In this document: one piece after another, positions 9,649 to 19,654 of the stretch
Position numbering within the stretch: position 1 is the first letter of the stretch
Layout: each line of letters opens with the position of its first letter
Assembly: GCA_021734325.1 (NCBI GenBank)
Contig: JAIPJF010000010.1
Span: 34,555 to 98,554, forward strand
DNA from: Fidelibacterota bacterium
GTDB lineage: Bacteria > Fidelibacterota > UBA8477 > JABMPR01
Direction of reading: 5' to 3'
DNA length: 64,000 nucleotides
Translations under genes and position numbers: made by a program
Notes under the pieces: generated by a model
Databases searched by the model: none
What the model saw: only the letters and a program-made list of their open reading frames with translations
Told to the model about the DNA's origin: nothing

Positions 9649-11459
9649 CTATACATCTTGTATCCCGGACGAATGGGAATCCATTTTACACCGTAAAATT
9701 GTTTTAAATAAGCTCCCGGATCACGTTGATAGTGCATGAATGTATAGGGCTGTTCCTCATGCAGAATTTCCTGCAACCGAAAGTACATGGCATTTCTTTT
9801 TTCCTTGTCCATCACAAATCGAGCATTGTCTATCAATGAATCTGCCTCGGCATCTCTGAATCCAACATAGTTTGAGCCACGGTCTCCAATATTATCAGAA
9901 TGCCATATTTGATACGGGTCCATCTCCAAACCACCAATCCAGAGCAGAGAAACAACATCGAATTGGCGATCCCGCAGATTCTCCACATAGACTGACCACT
10001 CCAATTGACGAATATTGACAACAATGCCAATTTTTCTCAAATCTTCCTTCAGCATGAGAGCAAGATACTTGGAGCTGGTTGATCCCGAAGAAATGGAGAA
10101 AATAAAACTAAAGGGTACACCATCCTTATCCCTGATTCCATCGCCATCATGATCAAGCCAACCTGCCTCCTCAATTAATTCAACAGCCCGTTGGGGATCA
10201 TAGGGCCATGCTTCAATATTTTTATTGTATTGCTCACTGTAAATATAAAATGGGCCAATGGTTGGAATTCCTAAGCCATAGGACACATACTTATTGTAGC
10301 CTTCCCGATCAATGAGCATGGTCATGGCCTGGCGAACACGCTTATCACTAAAATACGGTTTATCATTGTTCCACCCAACATAGTGATAGGCAGGAACGAC
10401 ATAACTCACTTTTTGGAACTTGTCGAGGAAATCAGGTGTGTTGGTCTGGGTGAAATACTGAACAGCGCGCATTCTGGGAATAAAATCAATTTCACCTGCT
10501 TTAAGGGCTGTTAATCTGGCTGTGGCATCTGAGATCACCTTCACAATGATCTTATCCAGATAAGCACTTCCCTCAGAGTAACCTTTTATGAAGGGTGCCT
10601 CCGTATTCCAGTAATGATCATTTCGGGCCAGAGAGATATAATTACCTGTCACCCACTTGTCAAACAACCAGGGACCCGATCCGATAATCGGTTTGGCATC
10701 ATCACCAACTGGCCGACCCTGTGGATGGACGTTAAAGGCATCTGCGAATTCCTTGATAGCCGCCTCTTCACGGGTTACAGTGGGATTCAATAAGTCCTCC
10801 ACCGAATAGCGATCCAATAGACCTTCCGGATCCCAGATATGTTTGGGCAGAATGTGAAATCCGCCCAGAATTTCCGGATTTCTGAAGTAGGTCTCAGAAC
10901 TTTCCACATAAAAAATAAATGGTCCTTCTGTCCAGGCACTGACCACCTTCGAAAAGGAGCTTCGCATGGGCGCATCATCAACAAAAGGATTCAGGATTGC
11001 CTTTAAGGAGAACAATACATCATCGGCTGTAAGTTGTTGTCCATCATGCCAGTAAACGTTTTCTCTAATCTTGAATTTAAAGACATATCCGTCAGGACTA
11101 ATTTCAAAATTTTCCGCAACTACCGGTCGGTCGAAGCGCCAGGTCGCATAATCATAATCAAGGAGTGTCTCATACACATAGTCCAGAATTCTTGTGGCAG
11201 CGGCCGATGTCGATGTATAGGAGTTCAGGTTCTCCGGCTCAGCTGATTCAGCCAGGACCAGTGTCCCTCCCTTGACTGGTGGATTATCATTCGCAGGACT
11301 ACTCTCAAAGACGGTTTCGTCACCTGTCAGTTCAACCCGCATGCCTCCTGCAGTGCCCAGCTCATCCTCTTGCAGGGTTTCGCTGCTGCGCGTACCCATA
11401 TTTGTGAATATGATGAGCAGAATGAGTAGTGCAAATTGGATTAAAAAAGATTTTTTCAA
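9609..11459 (-). CDS. oppA: ABC transporter substrate-binding protein, family 5 (OppA-like), with signal peptide
   Basis: 616 aa with an N-terminal signal sequence. Its size and composition fit SBP_bac_5, and it sits directly upstream of the two permease genes. Confidence 0.8.
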   Translation of the reverse strand: MKKSFLIQFALLILLIIFTNMGTRSSETLQEDELGTAGGMRVELTGDETVFESSPANDNPPVKGGTLVLAESAEPENLNSYTSTSAAATRILDYVYETLLDYDYATWRFDRPVVAENFEISPDGYVFKFKIRENVYWHDGQQLTADDVLFSLKAILNPFVDDAPMRSSFSKVVSAWTEGPFIFYVESSETYFRNPEILGGFHILPKHIWDPEGLLDRYSVEDLLNPTVTREEAAIKEFADAFNVHPQGRPVGDDAKPIIGSGPWLFDKWVTGNYISLARNDHYWNTEAPFIKGYSEGSAYLDKIIVKVISDATARLTALKAGEIDFIPRMRAVQYFTQTNTPDFLDKFQKVSYVVPAYHYVGWNNDKPYFSDKRVRQAMTMLIDREGYNKYVSYGLGIPTIGPFYIYSEQYNKNIEAWPYDPQRAVELIEEAGWLDHDGDGIRDKDGVPFSFIFSISSGSTSSKYLALMLKEDLRKIGIVVNIRQLEWSVYVENLRDRQFDVVSLLWIGGLEMDPYQIWHSDNIGDRGSNYVGFRDAEADSLIDNARFVMDKEKRNAMYFRLQEILHEEQPYTFMHYQRDPGAYLKQFYGVKWIPIRPGYKMYSWWRSTSMMGAGL

Positions 11460-12290
11460 TTAAAGTCCAACAACCATCGTTAGATACAGGTAACTCAAGG
11501 GAGCTGCGAAAAGAATTGAATCCAAACGGTCCCAGGCACCGCCATGCCCTGGTAAAAGATTGGATGAGTCCTTCACACCAACGTCTCGTTTTACCATCGA
11601 CTCGGCGAAATCACCCAATTGACCAGCTACACCAGTGATCAGTCCCAGGGCGAGAGCGTCAAAATAATTCAAACCTGGTAGCCATCCGGCCTTCACAATA
11701 AGGACCAAAGCAATAAACGACCCTAACAAGCCTGCGATTGAGCCTTCCCAACTTTTGTTTGGGCTGATTCGAGGAAAAATTTTATGCTTCCCAATCGCTG
11801 ATCCAACAAAATAGGCCAGGGTATCACAAACCCATACGCCAATAAACACAGTTAACACTGCAAATCCACCCAGATGACCACCCTTTCCGTCATAACCGAG
11901 CTGTTGAAGCCGGATAAAATACGACATGGCCAATCCAACAAAGATTGAGCCAAAAAAAGTGACTGCAATATTTTCAAGGGCGTGAGCTTTGTTACGAAAC
12001 ATTTCCCAGGCAAGCAGCAACAGGATCGCTGCAATCAATAAATGCCCCAGATCGGATCCTTTTCCAAAAAGCTGATCACAAACCAAAGCCAAATAAAGTG
12101 GAAAACCCAGCCAAACATTGGGTTGGGTACCATTGGGTCTCGAAAGCTTATAAAGTTCTCCCAGAATGAGGATACCGGCAATCGTGAAAAAGAGCATGAA
12201 AACATCATAGGTGTAGAGTGTAAATAAGACCAGACTGGGAATTCCAATAATGGTCACAGGGGCTCTTTTGATAACATTTTTTAATGACAT
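11460..12290 (-). CDS. cdsA: phosphatidate cytidylyltransferase
   Basis: 276-aa polytopic protein with the CTP-transferase C-terminal motif (...PGHGGAWDRLDSILFAAP...). Confidence 0.75.
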   Translation of the reverse strand: MSLKNVIKRAPVTIIGIPSLVLFTLYTYDVFMLFFTIAGILILGELYKLSRPNGTQPNVWLGFPLYLALVCDQLFGKGSDLGHLLIAAILLLLAWEMFRNKAHALENIAVTFFGSIFVGLAMSYFIRLQQLGYDGKGGHLGGFAVLTVFIGVWVCDTLAYFVGSAIGKHKIFPRISPNKSWEGSIAGLLGSFIALVLIVKAGWLPGLNYFDALALGLITGVAGQLGDFAESMVKRDVGVKDSSNLLPGHGGAWDRLDSILFAAPLSYLYLTMVVGL

Positions 12291-12424
12291 AATTTAGCGT
12301 TGAAACTATTGGCGATGGTGCTTATCGCCAACACCTTTTCGGTAAACGGTTATAGGAATGGCCTGACTGGAGTTTCAAAACCTTTCTCCCTGAGATGTTG
12401 GTACACCGATGAAACTGCCAATCA

Positions 12425-14344
12425 TCATTTCAACTCCTCTGAGCGTGGATCCTTCTCCTCTTGCTCCTCCTTCTCATCCTGCGGATTTGTCTCAATTTGA
12501 GGTTCACTCAAAAGATCCAGGCGTTTTTGGGCTGTAATGGCCAGAGGGTCAGTGGGAAAGGTCTCAACCAGGTATGTGTAAGCCATAATTGCGTTCGTTC
12601 TGTCAAACAGGAAATGATCGTTTAAAATACCATAATTGAAGCAGGCCTTTGACCGGATATCCCTGGATAGCGATTCATTTTCCATTACGGCCAAAGACTT
12701 TTTACTCGCTTGCTCGTACTTCCTTTCTTCAAAAAGAACAGTGATCTCCTTTAATCGGTCTTGATCGAGATCCACCTTCGCTTCAGGTTCTTTAGAATCC
12801 TCCATGATAAGTTCGTAATAGCGAGGATATTTTATTTCTATGTTGCTTAACGTCTGCTGAGCCTTTTCCAGATCACCTTTAACTGAAGACAGGGCATAGT
12901 ATTGCATATAGGCTGCCTGGTGTTTAATTGTTGAATCTTCACTGGAGCTCTCAAGAGCCTGTAAAATCTCAAGCGTTGTATCCACTTTGGCAAATTCAAA
13001 AAGCAGATATTCAGCCAGAGCGTATCTATTTTCATCTATTTTACTTTTAAAATGAATGGAATCTTCGTGGGTGACCTGGACAGTATCTGTATCAGCAACA
13101 GTTTTTTTCACTTTGGATTTTACCTCACTGTTCGTGTCCATTTGGTTCTCAGGATCTTTGTCATTCCCCCGTCCCCTCAACCGACTTGATTGTGATGCAC
13201 GCCCTGTACTAGCGGTTTTCTTTTCTTTTGCAAGTGGTTTTAATCCTGACAATTGCCGTTGAAGGTTCACATGGTCAAATTGAATCTGCTCATACCGATC
13301 AATCTGCTTTACCCGTTGTGATCCTTTTGTAACATAGGGCGATCGGGTGGATTGTCTTCTGATATCATCAAAGGCCTCCCGTGCGGCCTGATAATTCATG
13401 ATATGTGTGAGATACAAATCACCCAAATAATAATCAGCCTCGGCAGCGATTTCCTCCCGGGTATAATTCTCAACAATTGACATGAATTTTGATTCTGCCT
13501 TATAAATCTGACCAAGACTTGTAAAAAGCTTTCCCAATTCAAGTTCAAGCTGCCCTCGGATATCAACAAATTTTTCACTCTGAAGCATGCCTACGATCAT
13601 TTCCACTGCCTCTTCATCTTTTCCTAAGGCTTTGAGCATACTTGTCTGTCGAATGATCGCTTCAACCTTGAGTGATTCAGATGGATCGAAATGGGACACA
13701 GCTCGGTAAGCATCCAATGCACCTTGATGGTCGTTCTGCCCCTCTCGCATTTTTCCGATCTGGAATTGTGCCTGAGCCTTGGTATAGCCGTCAGGTGATA
13801 TGTCGATGACCCGCCTCAGGTATTCCTCTGCCAGATCTAAACTATCCTGCTGAATGGCAATCTCCCCCATCATGAGGAAAGCATCAGCCTTAAGACTCCC
13901 CTCAGAATTTCCTCTGATCATTCGCGAAGCTTCATGCCTGGCCATTTCCAGATCACCTGTTTTCAATAAACAGCGGCCAATCCACAGAGGGACTTGCTTT
14001 GAGAAAGGTGAATCAGTGAATTCTGATGCTAAAATTTCAAAATTTGTTTTGGCTATTGAATAATCACCGCGGAAATAATATGATTTTGCAATCAGGAATT
14101 GGGCATCATCACAATATTTGCTCTCCGGATAATTTTGGATCAATTTTTTGGATTTCTCGATCGTTTTCGTATACAAGTTGAGTTCTTCTTTACTCACCCT
14201 TTCAAGCTGGTTTTCCTTTGTAAGTCGTTGAGCTTGGTCGAAATACTGTTCGGCATTATAAAAAGTATTAAAATATGCACACGAATAAAGCCCAATACTT
14301 GAAATCAAGGCAAGGATAAATAGTAATCTATGATACTGCGGCAT
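12425..14344 (-). CDS. tetratricopeptide-repeat lipoprotein
   Basis: Start assigned to the internal ATG at 14344 (MPQYHRLLFILALISSIGLYSC), which gives a lipobox (LYSC). The body is full of TPR-like AxxY/W repeats (YYFRGDY, EYYLGDLY) and has a charged S/K-rich linker. Confidence 0.7.
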   Translation of the reverse strand: MPQYHRLLFILALISSIGLYSCAYFNTFYNAEQYFDQAQRLTKENQLERVSKEELNLYTKTIEKSKKLIQNYPESKYCDDAQFLIAKSYYFRGDYSIAKTNFEILASEFTDSPFSKQVPLWIGRCLLKTGDLEMARHEASRMIRGNSEGSLKADAFLMMGEIAIQQDSLDLAEEYLRRVIDISPDGYTKAQAQFQIGKMREGQNDHQGALDAYRAVSHFDPSESLKVEAIIRQTSMLKALGKDEEAVEMIVGMLQSEKFVDIRGQLELELGKLFTSLGQIYKAESKFMSIVENYTREEIAAEADYYLGDLYLTHIMNYQAAREAFDDIRRQSTRSPYVTKGSQRVKQIDRYEQIQFDHVNLQRQLSGLKPLAKEKKTASTGRASQSSRLRGRGNDKDPENQMDTNSEVKSKVKKTVADTDTVQVTHEDSIHFKSKIDENRYALAEYLLFEFAKVDTTLEILQALESSSEDSTIKHQAAYMQYYALSSVKGDLEKAQQTLSNIEIKYPRYYELIMEDSKEPEAKVDLDQDRLKEITVLFEERKYEQASKKSLAVMENESLSRDIRSKACFNYGILNDHFLFDRTNAIMAYTYLVETFPTDPLAITAQKRLDLLSEPQIETNPQDEKEEQEEKDPRSEELK

Positions 14345-15095
14345 AAAATTCCTCATATAGGTTAGGAAGCGCATGACCTGCGGCATCCTTGATAAATAGA
14401 TCCGTATGATTGCTAAAGGGTGTTCTTTCAGTATTAATTTCTATGGTGTAGGCCCCATGCTCCTTAGCATAAAATGGCAATTGAGCCGCAGGATAAACCT
14501 GGGTTGATGTTCCCAGCGAGAAGAAAATTTGACATGCCCCGGTAAGTTCAAATGCCTGCTCCAATTTTTGATTCTCAAGGGTCTCACCGAACCAGACAAC
14601 ATCGGGTCTGAGCATCCCTCCACAGTGGCAGTAACGGATTTTAGTTCTTTCATCCGAGTTTAAACCATTCTCCTCGCCACAATTATTGCATCTTTCACGA
14701 AAAATATTTCCGTGTAATTCCAGAACCGAATTGTTGCCCGCTCTGGAGTGAAGCGAATCAACATTCTGGGTAATAACCGCCGAGTCATGAAAAAGTTTCT
14801 GAAATTTGGTGATGCTCAAGTGGGCAGGATTGGGATCGGCAAGGCGTATCGCGTCCCTTCTCCACGCGTACCAGTCGAGTACAAGTTGTGGATTCTCGTT
14901 AAATCCTTCCGGACTGGCCAATTTGACTGGATCATACTTGGACCAAAGTCCACCCGTACTTCGAAAGGTAGGTATCCCACTCTCTGCAGAAATACCAGCA
15001 CCGGTAAAAAAGGTCACTCGCGTATCCTTGCTAAATTTCTCAAATGGTATTTCTGCTCCCAGCATAGCGTTGAATATAGGGGTCAATTCAATCAT
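14328..15095 (-). CDS. cobB: NAD-dependent protein deacylase, Sir2 family
   Basis: It has FFTGAGISAESGIPTFR, the GG.W..YD motif and a Zn ribbon (CNNCGEE...CHCGG), and is followed by VVWFGE. This is a canonical short sirtuin. Confidence 0.85.
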   Translation of the reverse strand: MIELTPIFNAMLGAEIPFEKFSKDTRVTFFTGAGISAESGIPTFRSTGGLWSKYDPVKLASPEGFNENPQLVLDWYAWRRDAIRLADPNPAHLSITKFQKLFHDSAVITQNVDSLHSRAGNNSVLELHGNIFRERCNNCGEENGLNSDERTKIRYCHCGGMLRPDVVWFGETLENQKLEQAFELTGACQIFFSLGTSTQVYPAAQLPFYAKEHGAYTIEINTERTPFSNHTDLFIKDAAGHALPNLYEEFYAAVS

Positions 15096-15136
15096 TCAAA
15101 ATCAGAGCAACAGCTTAACTGAGAAATTCATTTTCT

Positions 15137-15152
15137 TACAAATTTACAAATT
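15137..15152. promoter_or_regulatory. tandem direct repeat TTACAAAT x2 beside a TTGACA -35-like hexamer (15160-15165) upstream of the MarR gene; candidate operator
   Basis: Perfect 8-mer tandem repeat 42-57 nt upstream of the marR ATG at 15194. It lies in the divergent intergenic region between cobB and marR. Confidence 0.3.
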
Positions 15153-15193
15153 ATTTACTTTGACATCGTTTTATTTGATATTTAATTAATGCT

Positions 15194-15658
15194 ATGAGCA
15201 CACATTATAAAGGCAGCATCCGCGAACAAGATGTCCTCAACACCTGGATCAAACTCACTCGCGCCCATGATTCTGTTGGTCGGGTCTTGAAAACCAATCT
15301 GGATTCCAGCAGAATTACAATGACCCAGTTTGGCGTTTTGGAAATTCTGGAGCATTTGGGTCCTCAGACACTGAAGATTATTGGCGAGAAGATACTACTG
15401 ACCAGTTCAAACCTTGTTACAGTGGTTGATAATCTAGAGCGAGACGGATATGTGGTTCGTACTCAAAACCCCCAGGATCGTCGATCGATAATAGTGAGTT
15501 TGACTGGCGAGGGGAAGCTTGCCATCAAGCCTATATTTGAAAGTCATCTTCAAGAATTGATGATAGCATTTGAATGCCTGAGCAGTGATGAGCTTCAAAT
15601 CTTAGGGGATTTATGCAAAAAATTAGGTCACAATCAAAACATAAAGGAGAAAAAATAA
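15194..15658 (+). CDS. MarR-family transcriptional regulator
   Basis: 154 aa with a winged-HTH region (…ITMTQFGVLEIL…DRRSIIVSLTGEG…) typical of MarR. Confidence 0.8.
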   Translation: MSTHYKGSIREQDVLNTWIKLTRAHDSVGRVLKTNLDSSRITMTQFGVLEILEHLGPQTLKIIGEKILLTSSNLVTVVDNLERDGYVVRTQNPQDRRSIIVSLTGEGKLAIKPIFESHLQELMIAFECLSSDELQILGDLCKKLGHNQNIKEKK

Positions 15659-16020
15659 TGATAAATCTAAATACTGTGGGCAGATACCTCTTTACAGTTC
15701 CTTTCGCACTCTTCGGAATTATGCACATACTAAATGGTACTCAGATGGCCGGACTTGTCCCCTCCTTCGTACCAGGTGGTGTTGTCTGGGTATATCTAAT
15801 CGGAATTGCTCTCATTGCTGCATCCGTAAGCTTCATCATGAAAAAGAAAGTATACCTCGCAGGGATATTAACAGCTGCATTGATGTTTACTTTTGTACTC
15901 ACCTTATATATCCCTGGACTTATCGCTGGCGACATGATGGCCATGAGCGGTCTTCTTAAAGATCTAGGATTAGCCGGCGGTGCGCTCATGTTGGCAAACG
16001 AGTACAAAGATAAAGATTAG
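15658..16020 (+). CDS. DoxX-family small membrane protein
   Basis: Start taken at ATG 15658 (TAATG overlap with marR), preceded by an AAGGAGA RBS. It has 3-4 TM segments, and its size and hydrophobicity pattern fit DoxX. Confidence 0.55.
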   Translation: MINLNTVGRYLFTVPFALFGIMHILNGTQMAGLVPSFVPGGVVWVYLIGIALIAASVSFIMKKKVYLAGILTAALMFTFVLTLYIPGLIAGDMMAMSGLLKDLGLAGGALMLANEYKDKD

Positions 16021-16029
16021 AAAGCTATT

Positions 16030-16737
16030 ATGATCAACATCATTCCATTCCAGACTTTAGGTTCAGCAAATCACGGCTGGCTAGACGCTCATCATCATTT
16101 CAGTTTTGCCCGCTATTATGATGCTATGCGAATGGGGTTTCCCCCATTGCTGGTGTGGAATGATGACACCATCCAGCCCGGAACTGGATTTGAGATGCAT
16201 CCCCATGACAACATGGAGATCATAACCTATGTCCGGAAAGGCGCTATCACCCACAGGGATAGCACTGGGAATGAAGGCAAGACCGTAGCAGGTGATGTAC
16301 AGGTTATGTCAGCAGGAACAGGTATCCTGCATAGTGAACACAATGAAGAATCAGCTGAAACGACCCTGTTTCAGATCTGGATTGAAACTGCTGTCAGAAA
16401 CATGCAACCCCAGTGGGCAAGTAAATCCTTCCCCAAGCGCTCAAATGATGAGCTGATTCCCCTCGTAAGCGGGCGGAAGATCCACGCTCAGATTGATGTC
16501 TTGCCCATATATCAGGACGCGGCAATTTATGCAGGGACCATTGGCACAGGAAAATCCTTCACTTTTGAGCTTGAGAAAGGACGTCATCTATATCTTGTCG
16601 CTGCCAGCGGTACCGTGACAGTTAACGGCATGCGAGCCCACGCGAGGGATGGCATTCACATTAGCGACGAAAATATTATTGATTTCATCTCAGAGGAAAA
16701 AGCCGAAATAGTCATGGCAGATCTGCCCATACTATAA
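16030..16737 (+). CDS. pirin-family protein (cupin; quercetinase-like)
   Basis: It has the cupin His motif MHPHDNMEIITYVRKG...HRD...G, and its length of 235 aa fits pirin. Confidence 0.85.
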   Translation: MINIIPFQTLGSANHGWLDAHHHFSFARYYDAMRMGFPPLLVWNDDTIQPGTGFEMHPHDNMEIITYVRKGAITHRDSTGNEGKTVAGDVQVMSAGTGILHSEHNEESAETTLFQIWIETAVRNMQPQWASKSFPKRSNDELIPLVSGRKIHAQIDVLPIYQDAAIYAGTIGTGKSFTFELEKGRHLYLVAASGTVTVNGMRAHARDGIHISDENIIDFISEEKAEIVMADLPIL

Positions 16738-16873
16738 AAATCTCCCCCCAAATAAATAGGCTGCAACGATCGATCTATTTTGACATGGCTCGATTTGTGA
16801 AATTTATTGGAAAGCTAATTCTGTGCGTTAAAATGAGTTCATAACGACTAATTTTCCCAAGTGGAGGAATCAC

Positions 16874-18658
16874 ATGCGCTTTATTACACTCATTATTTCA
16901 TCTCTTCTGATTATCCAATGTTCCTCATCCATGCGTTCAAAAGATGCTGCTATCACTGCAAATGAGTTGAATGAACACCTGTCTTTTCTCGCCTCTGATA
17001 AGATGGAAGGGCGCAAACCAGGCAGTTCCCAGAGTCAAATTGCTGCCCAATATATAGCAGATCATTTCCGCCAACTGGGCTTGGACCTGCTGGGCGAAGA
17101 TGGATTCCAAAATTTTGACATCGTCACCTCCGTTAGTCTTGGCAAGGGAAATCATTTTATTTCAGGAGCTATTTCCGGAACGCCAGGACAGGATTATACA
17201 CCGACTGCCTTTTCTGCCAGTACATCCCTTGATGGAGAAGTTGTGTTTGCTGGTTATGGCTTTCAGATTGAAAACGATTCGATTCAATGGAACGACTATG
17301 GGGATGTGGATGTAAAGGGCAAATGGGTAATGATCCTTAGAGGAACTCCTGAATCTGAAGGTGCCGGCGACCGTTATGCTGCGCATAGTACGTTGCGGCA
17401 TAAGGTTTTGATGGCCAGGGACAACGGCGCAAGCGGTGTAATTTTTATCAGTGGGGAAAAATTTGACAAAGACGATGATTTAATGAGCCTGCACATGGAG
17501 AGAAATTTTTCACTGGATGCTCTCCCCATCATTCATGTAAAAAGATCATTAGCTGATCAGCTTCTCCAGACAACCGGGAAGACCATATCTGACCTTGAGC
17601 TTCAGTTCGAAAAACAACCCGCAGCATCCAGTTTCTCTGCCGGTGTCACTTTGTCAGTAGCAACTGAAATTATCCAGCATACGGCAAGCGCACAAAATGT
17701 GATCGGAATGCTCAAAGGCTCAGATCCTGTGCTTGCGCATGAATTCATCGTCGTCGGCGCTCATTACGATCATCTCGGATGGGGTGGCCCGGGATCTGGT
17801 TCAAGAAAACCTGATACCAAAGCCATTCATAATGGCGCTGATGATAATGCCTCCGGTGTTTCAGCAGTTCTTGAAATAGCCGAAAGATTCTCACTGGAGA
17901 AATCCAGACCAAAGCGAAGTATCGTGTTTGTTGCTTTCGCCGCTGAAGAAATGGGCTTGCTTGGTTCAAAGTTTTTTACCTCATCTCCCCTCATTGAGAT
18001 CAAGAATGTTAAACAGATGTTTAATCTTGATATGGTTGGCCGGCTTGATCCCCAATCAAAAGCGCTTACAGTCGGCGGAACGGGAACCGCCAAAGGGATG
18101 GAGGAGTTTCTTTCCTCGATGAAGGAGGAGAGTGGTCTCATACTTTCCATGACTCCCGATGGTTATGGACCCTCTGATCATGCCTCCTTTTACGTGGAAA
18201 ATATACCCGTTCTCTTCTTCTTTACCGGGATTACCGAGGAGTACCATACTCCTGATGATGATGTAGAGACCATTAATTTTGAAGGGGAGAAATTAATCGC
18301 TGATTTTGCCTATGATCTCATTAGGGAGATAGCTTCTATGGACCAGACCATGGCATTCCAGGAAGCCGGACCCAAGGGTCCCCCGCAGGGAGGAAAAAGT
18401 GGCAAAGTGAAGATGGGGATCATCCCTGACTTTGCAGCAGCGAATTCGCAGGGATTTCTGCTGGGTGGGGTTGTTCCAGGGGGGCCAGCCGCTTTTGCAG
18501 GAATGCAGAAGGGCGATGTCATGATTTCCATGGAGGGGCGCTCAATTAAAAATGTATACGACTATATGGGTCGCATGTCCGAGGTCAAACTGGGACAACG
18601 AATTACCGTTGAGGTTTTGCGTGGTGACCAGAAACTGATTCTCATTGTGCAACTTTAA
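16874..18658 (+). CDS. M28-family zinc aminopeptidase with PA domain and C-terminal PDZ domain, secreted
   Basis: It has a signal peptide and the M28 metal ligands (HYDHLGWG, NGADDNASGV, EEMGLLGS). The C-terminal PDZ-like region is GGVVPGGPAAFAGMQKGDVMISMEG. The RBS is GGAGG. Confidence 0.8.
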   Translation: MRFITLIISSLLIIQCSSSMRSKDAAITANELNEHLSFLASDKMEGRKPGSSQSQIAAQYIADHFRQLGLDLLGEDGFQNFDIVTSVSLGKGNHFISGAISGTPGQDYTPTAFSASTSLDGEVVFAGYGFQIENDSIQWNDYGDVDVKGKWVMILRGTPESEGAGDRYAAHSTLRHKVLMARDNGASGVIFISGEKFDKDDDLMSLHMERNFSLDALPIIHVKRSLADQLLQTTGKTISDLELQFEKQPAASSFSAGVTLSVATEIIQHTASAQNVIGMLKGSDPVLAHEFIVVGAHYDHLGWGGPGSGSRKPDTKAIHNGADDNASGVSAVLEIAERFSLEKSRPKRSIVFVAFAAEEMGLLGSKFFTSSPLIEIKNVKQMFNLDMVGRLDPQSKALTVGGTGTAKGMEEFLSSMKEESGLILSMTPDGYGPSDHASFYVENIPVLFFFTGITEEYHTPDDDVETINFEGEKLIADFAYDLIREIASMDQTMAFQEAGPKGPPQGGKSGKVKMGIIPDFAAANSQGFLLGGVVPGGPAAFAGMQKGDVMISMEGRSIKNVYDYMGRMSEVKLGQRITVEVLRGDQKLILIVQL

Positions 18659-18748
18659 ACAGTGCTAGCGTTTGCCCACAGAAGCGATTTACGAAGATCT
18701 CATGGTTGACGGAAACGCAAATATCATTTAGGAGATTATTAATATATC

Positions 18749-19567
18749 ATGTCCGATAATTCAAAAACTCAAGCCTTCCTGTTGTGGGTTATCACGATAA
18801 TAATTACACTGGCATCTGTTGTCTATCAACGGAAAACAGGGCCAACCTATCCCGTTGACAGTACAATGGAAGTGGATGGGAAAGTAATTTCATATCATTT
18901 ACCGCGCTCGCAAAATACCGGTGAAAGTGCTGAGATTATATTAGAATCAGATAAACCTGGAATGAATCTTATGCTCAAATGGAAGCGCTTTAAAAGTCAT
19001 GATACCTGGCAATCAGTACCCTATAGCACAGATTCAAATGAAATTATAGCCCAACTCCCGTCACAAGCACCGGCCGGTAAAATTGTTTATGAACTACAGC
19101 TCGTTTCAGATAGTGGAAAACTGATAAACATAACAGAAGAACCTGTTATTATACGCTTTAAGGGGGCCGTACCAGCCTACATTCTCATTCCCCATATCTT
19201 GTTCATGTTTACTGCCATGTTATTGGCCACCCGGACAGGATTAGCCTCATATGTTGAAAGCCCGTTCACACTCAGATATACTTTTCTGACTGGATTATTT
19301 CTGATGGTTGGTGGATTAATGCTCGGGCCTCTGGTTCAAAAATTTGCTTTTGATGCCTATTGGACCGGCTGGCCCTGGGGTCATGACCTTACCGACAATA
19401 AAACTGCCGTTGCCTTTATTGCGTGGGGATTAGCCTTCTGGCAGCAGAAGAAAACAGGCAAAGCCAAGGCTTGGATCATCGCAGCAGCAGTTGTCACACT
19501 GGCTGTATACCTGATTCCCCATAGTGCCCTGGGTTCGGAGTTGGATTATACCCAGATGGAGCAATAA
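18749..19567 (+). CDS. hypothetical polytopic membrane protein
   Basis: 272 aa. A TM1 helix is followed by a ~110-aa extracytoplasmic segment and then 4-5 TM helices. I recognise no motif. Confidence 0.5.
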   Translation: MSDNSKTQAFLLWVITIIITLASVVYQRKTGPTYPVDSTMEVDGKVISYHLPRSQNTGESAEIILESDKPGMNLMLKWKRFKSHDTWQSVPYSTDSNEIIAQLPSQAPAGKIVYELQLVSDSGKLINITEEPVIIRFKGAVPAYILIPHILFMFTAMLLATRTGLASYVESPFTLRYTFLTGLFLMVGGLMLGPLVQKFAFDAYWTGWPWGHDLTDNKTAVAFIAWGLAFWQQKKTGKAKAWIIAAAVVTLAVYLIPHSALGSELDYTQMEQ

Positions 19568-19654
19568 ATTCAGAGGGTCTATTTTTTAAACTGATTGAAT
19601 GTGCTCGCCTAGAATAGTTTTACTTTTACCACAGTACCTTTGTTAGAAAGCCCT

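Noticed and set aside
14328-15095. Sir2-domain protein considered as a possible anti-phage (Thoeris/DSR-like) effector
   Set aside because: It has the full canonical sirtuin catalytic core plus a Zn ribbon (GAGISAESGIPTFR…CxxC…CxCG) at housekeeping CobB length. There is no fused sensor domain (SLOG, TIR, Macro) and no defence partner genes.
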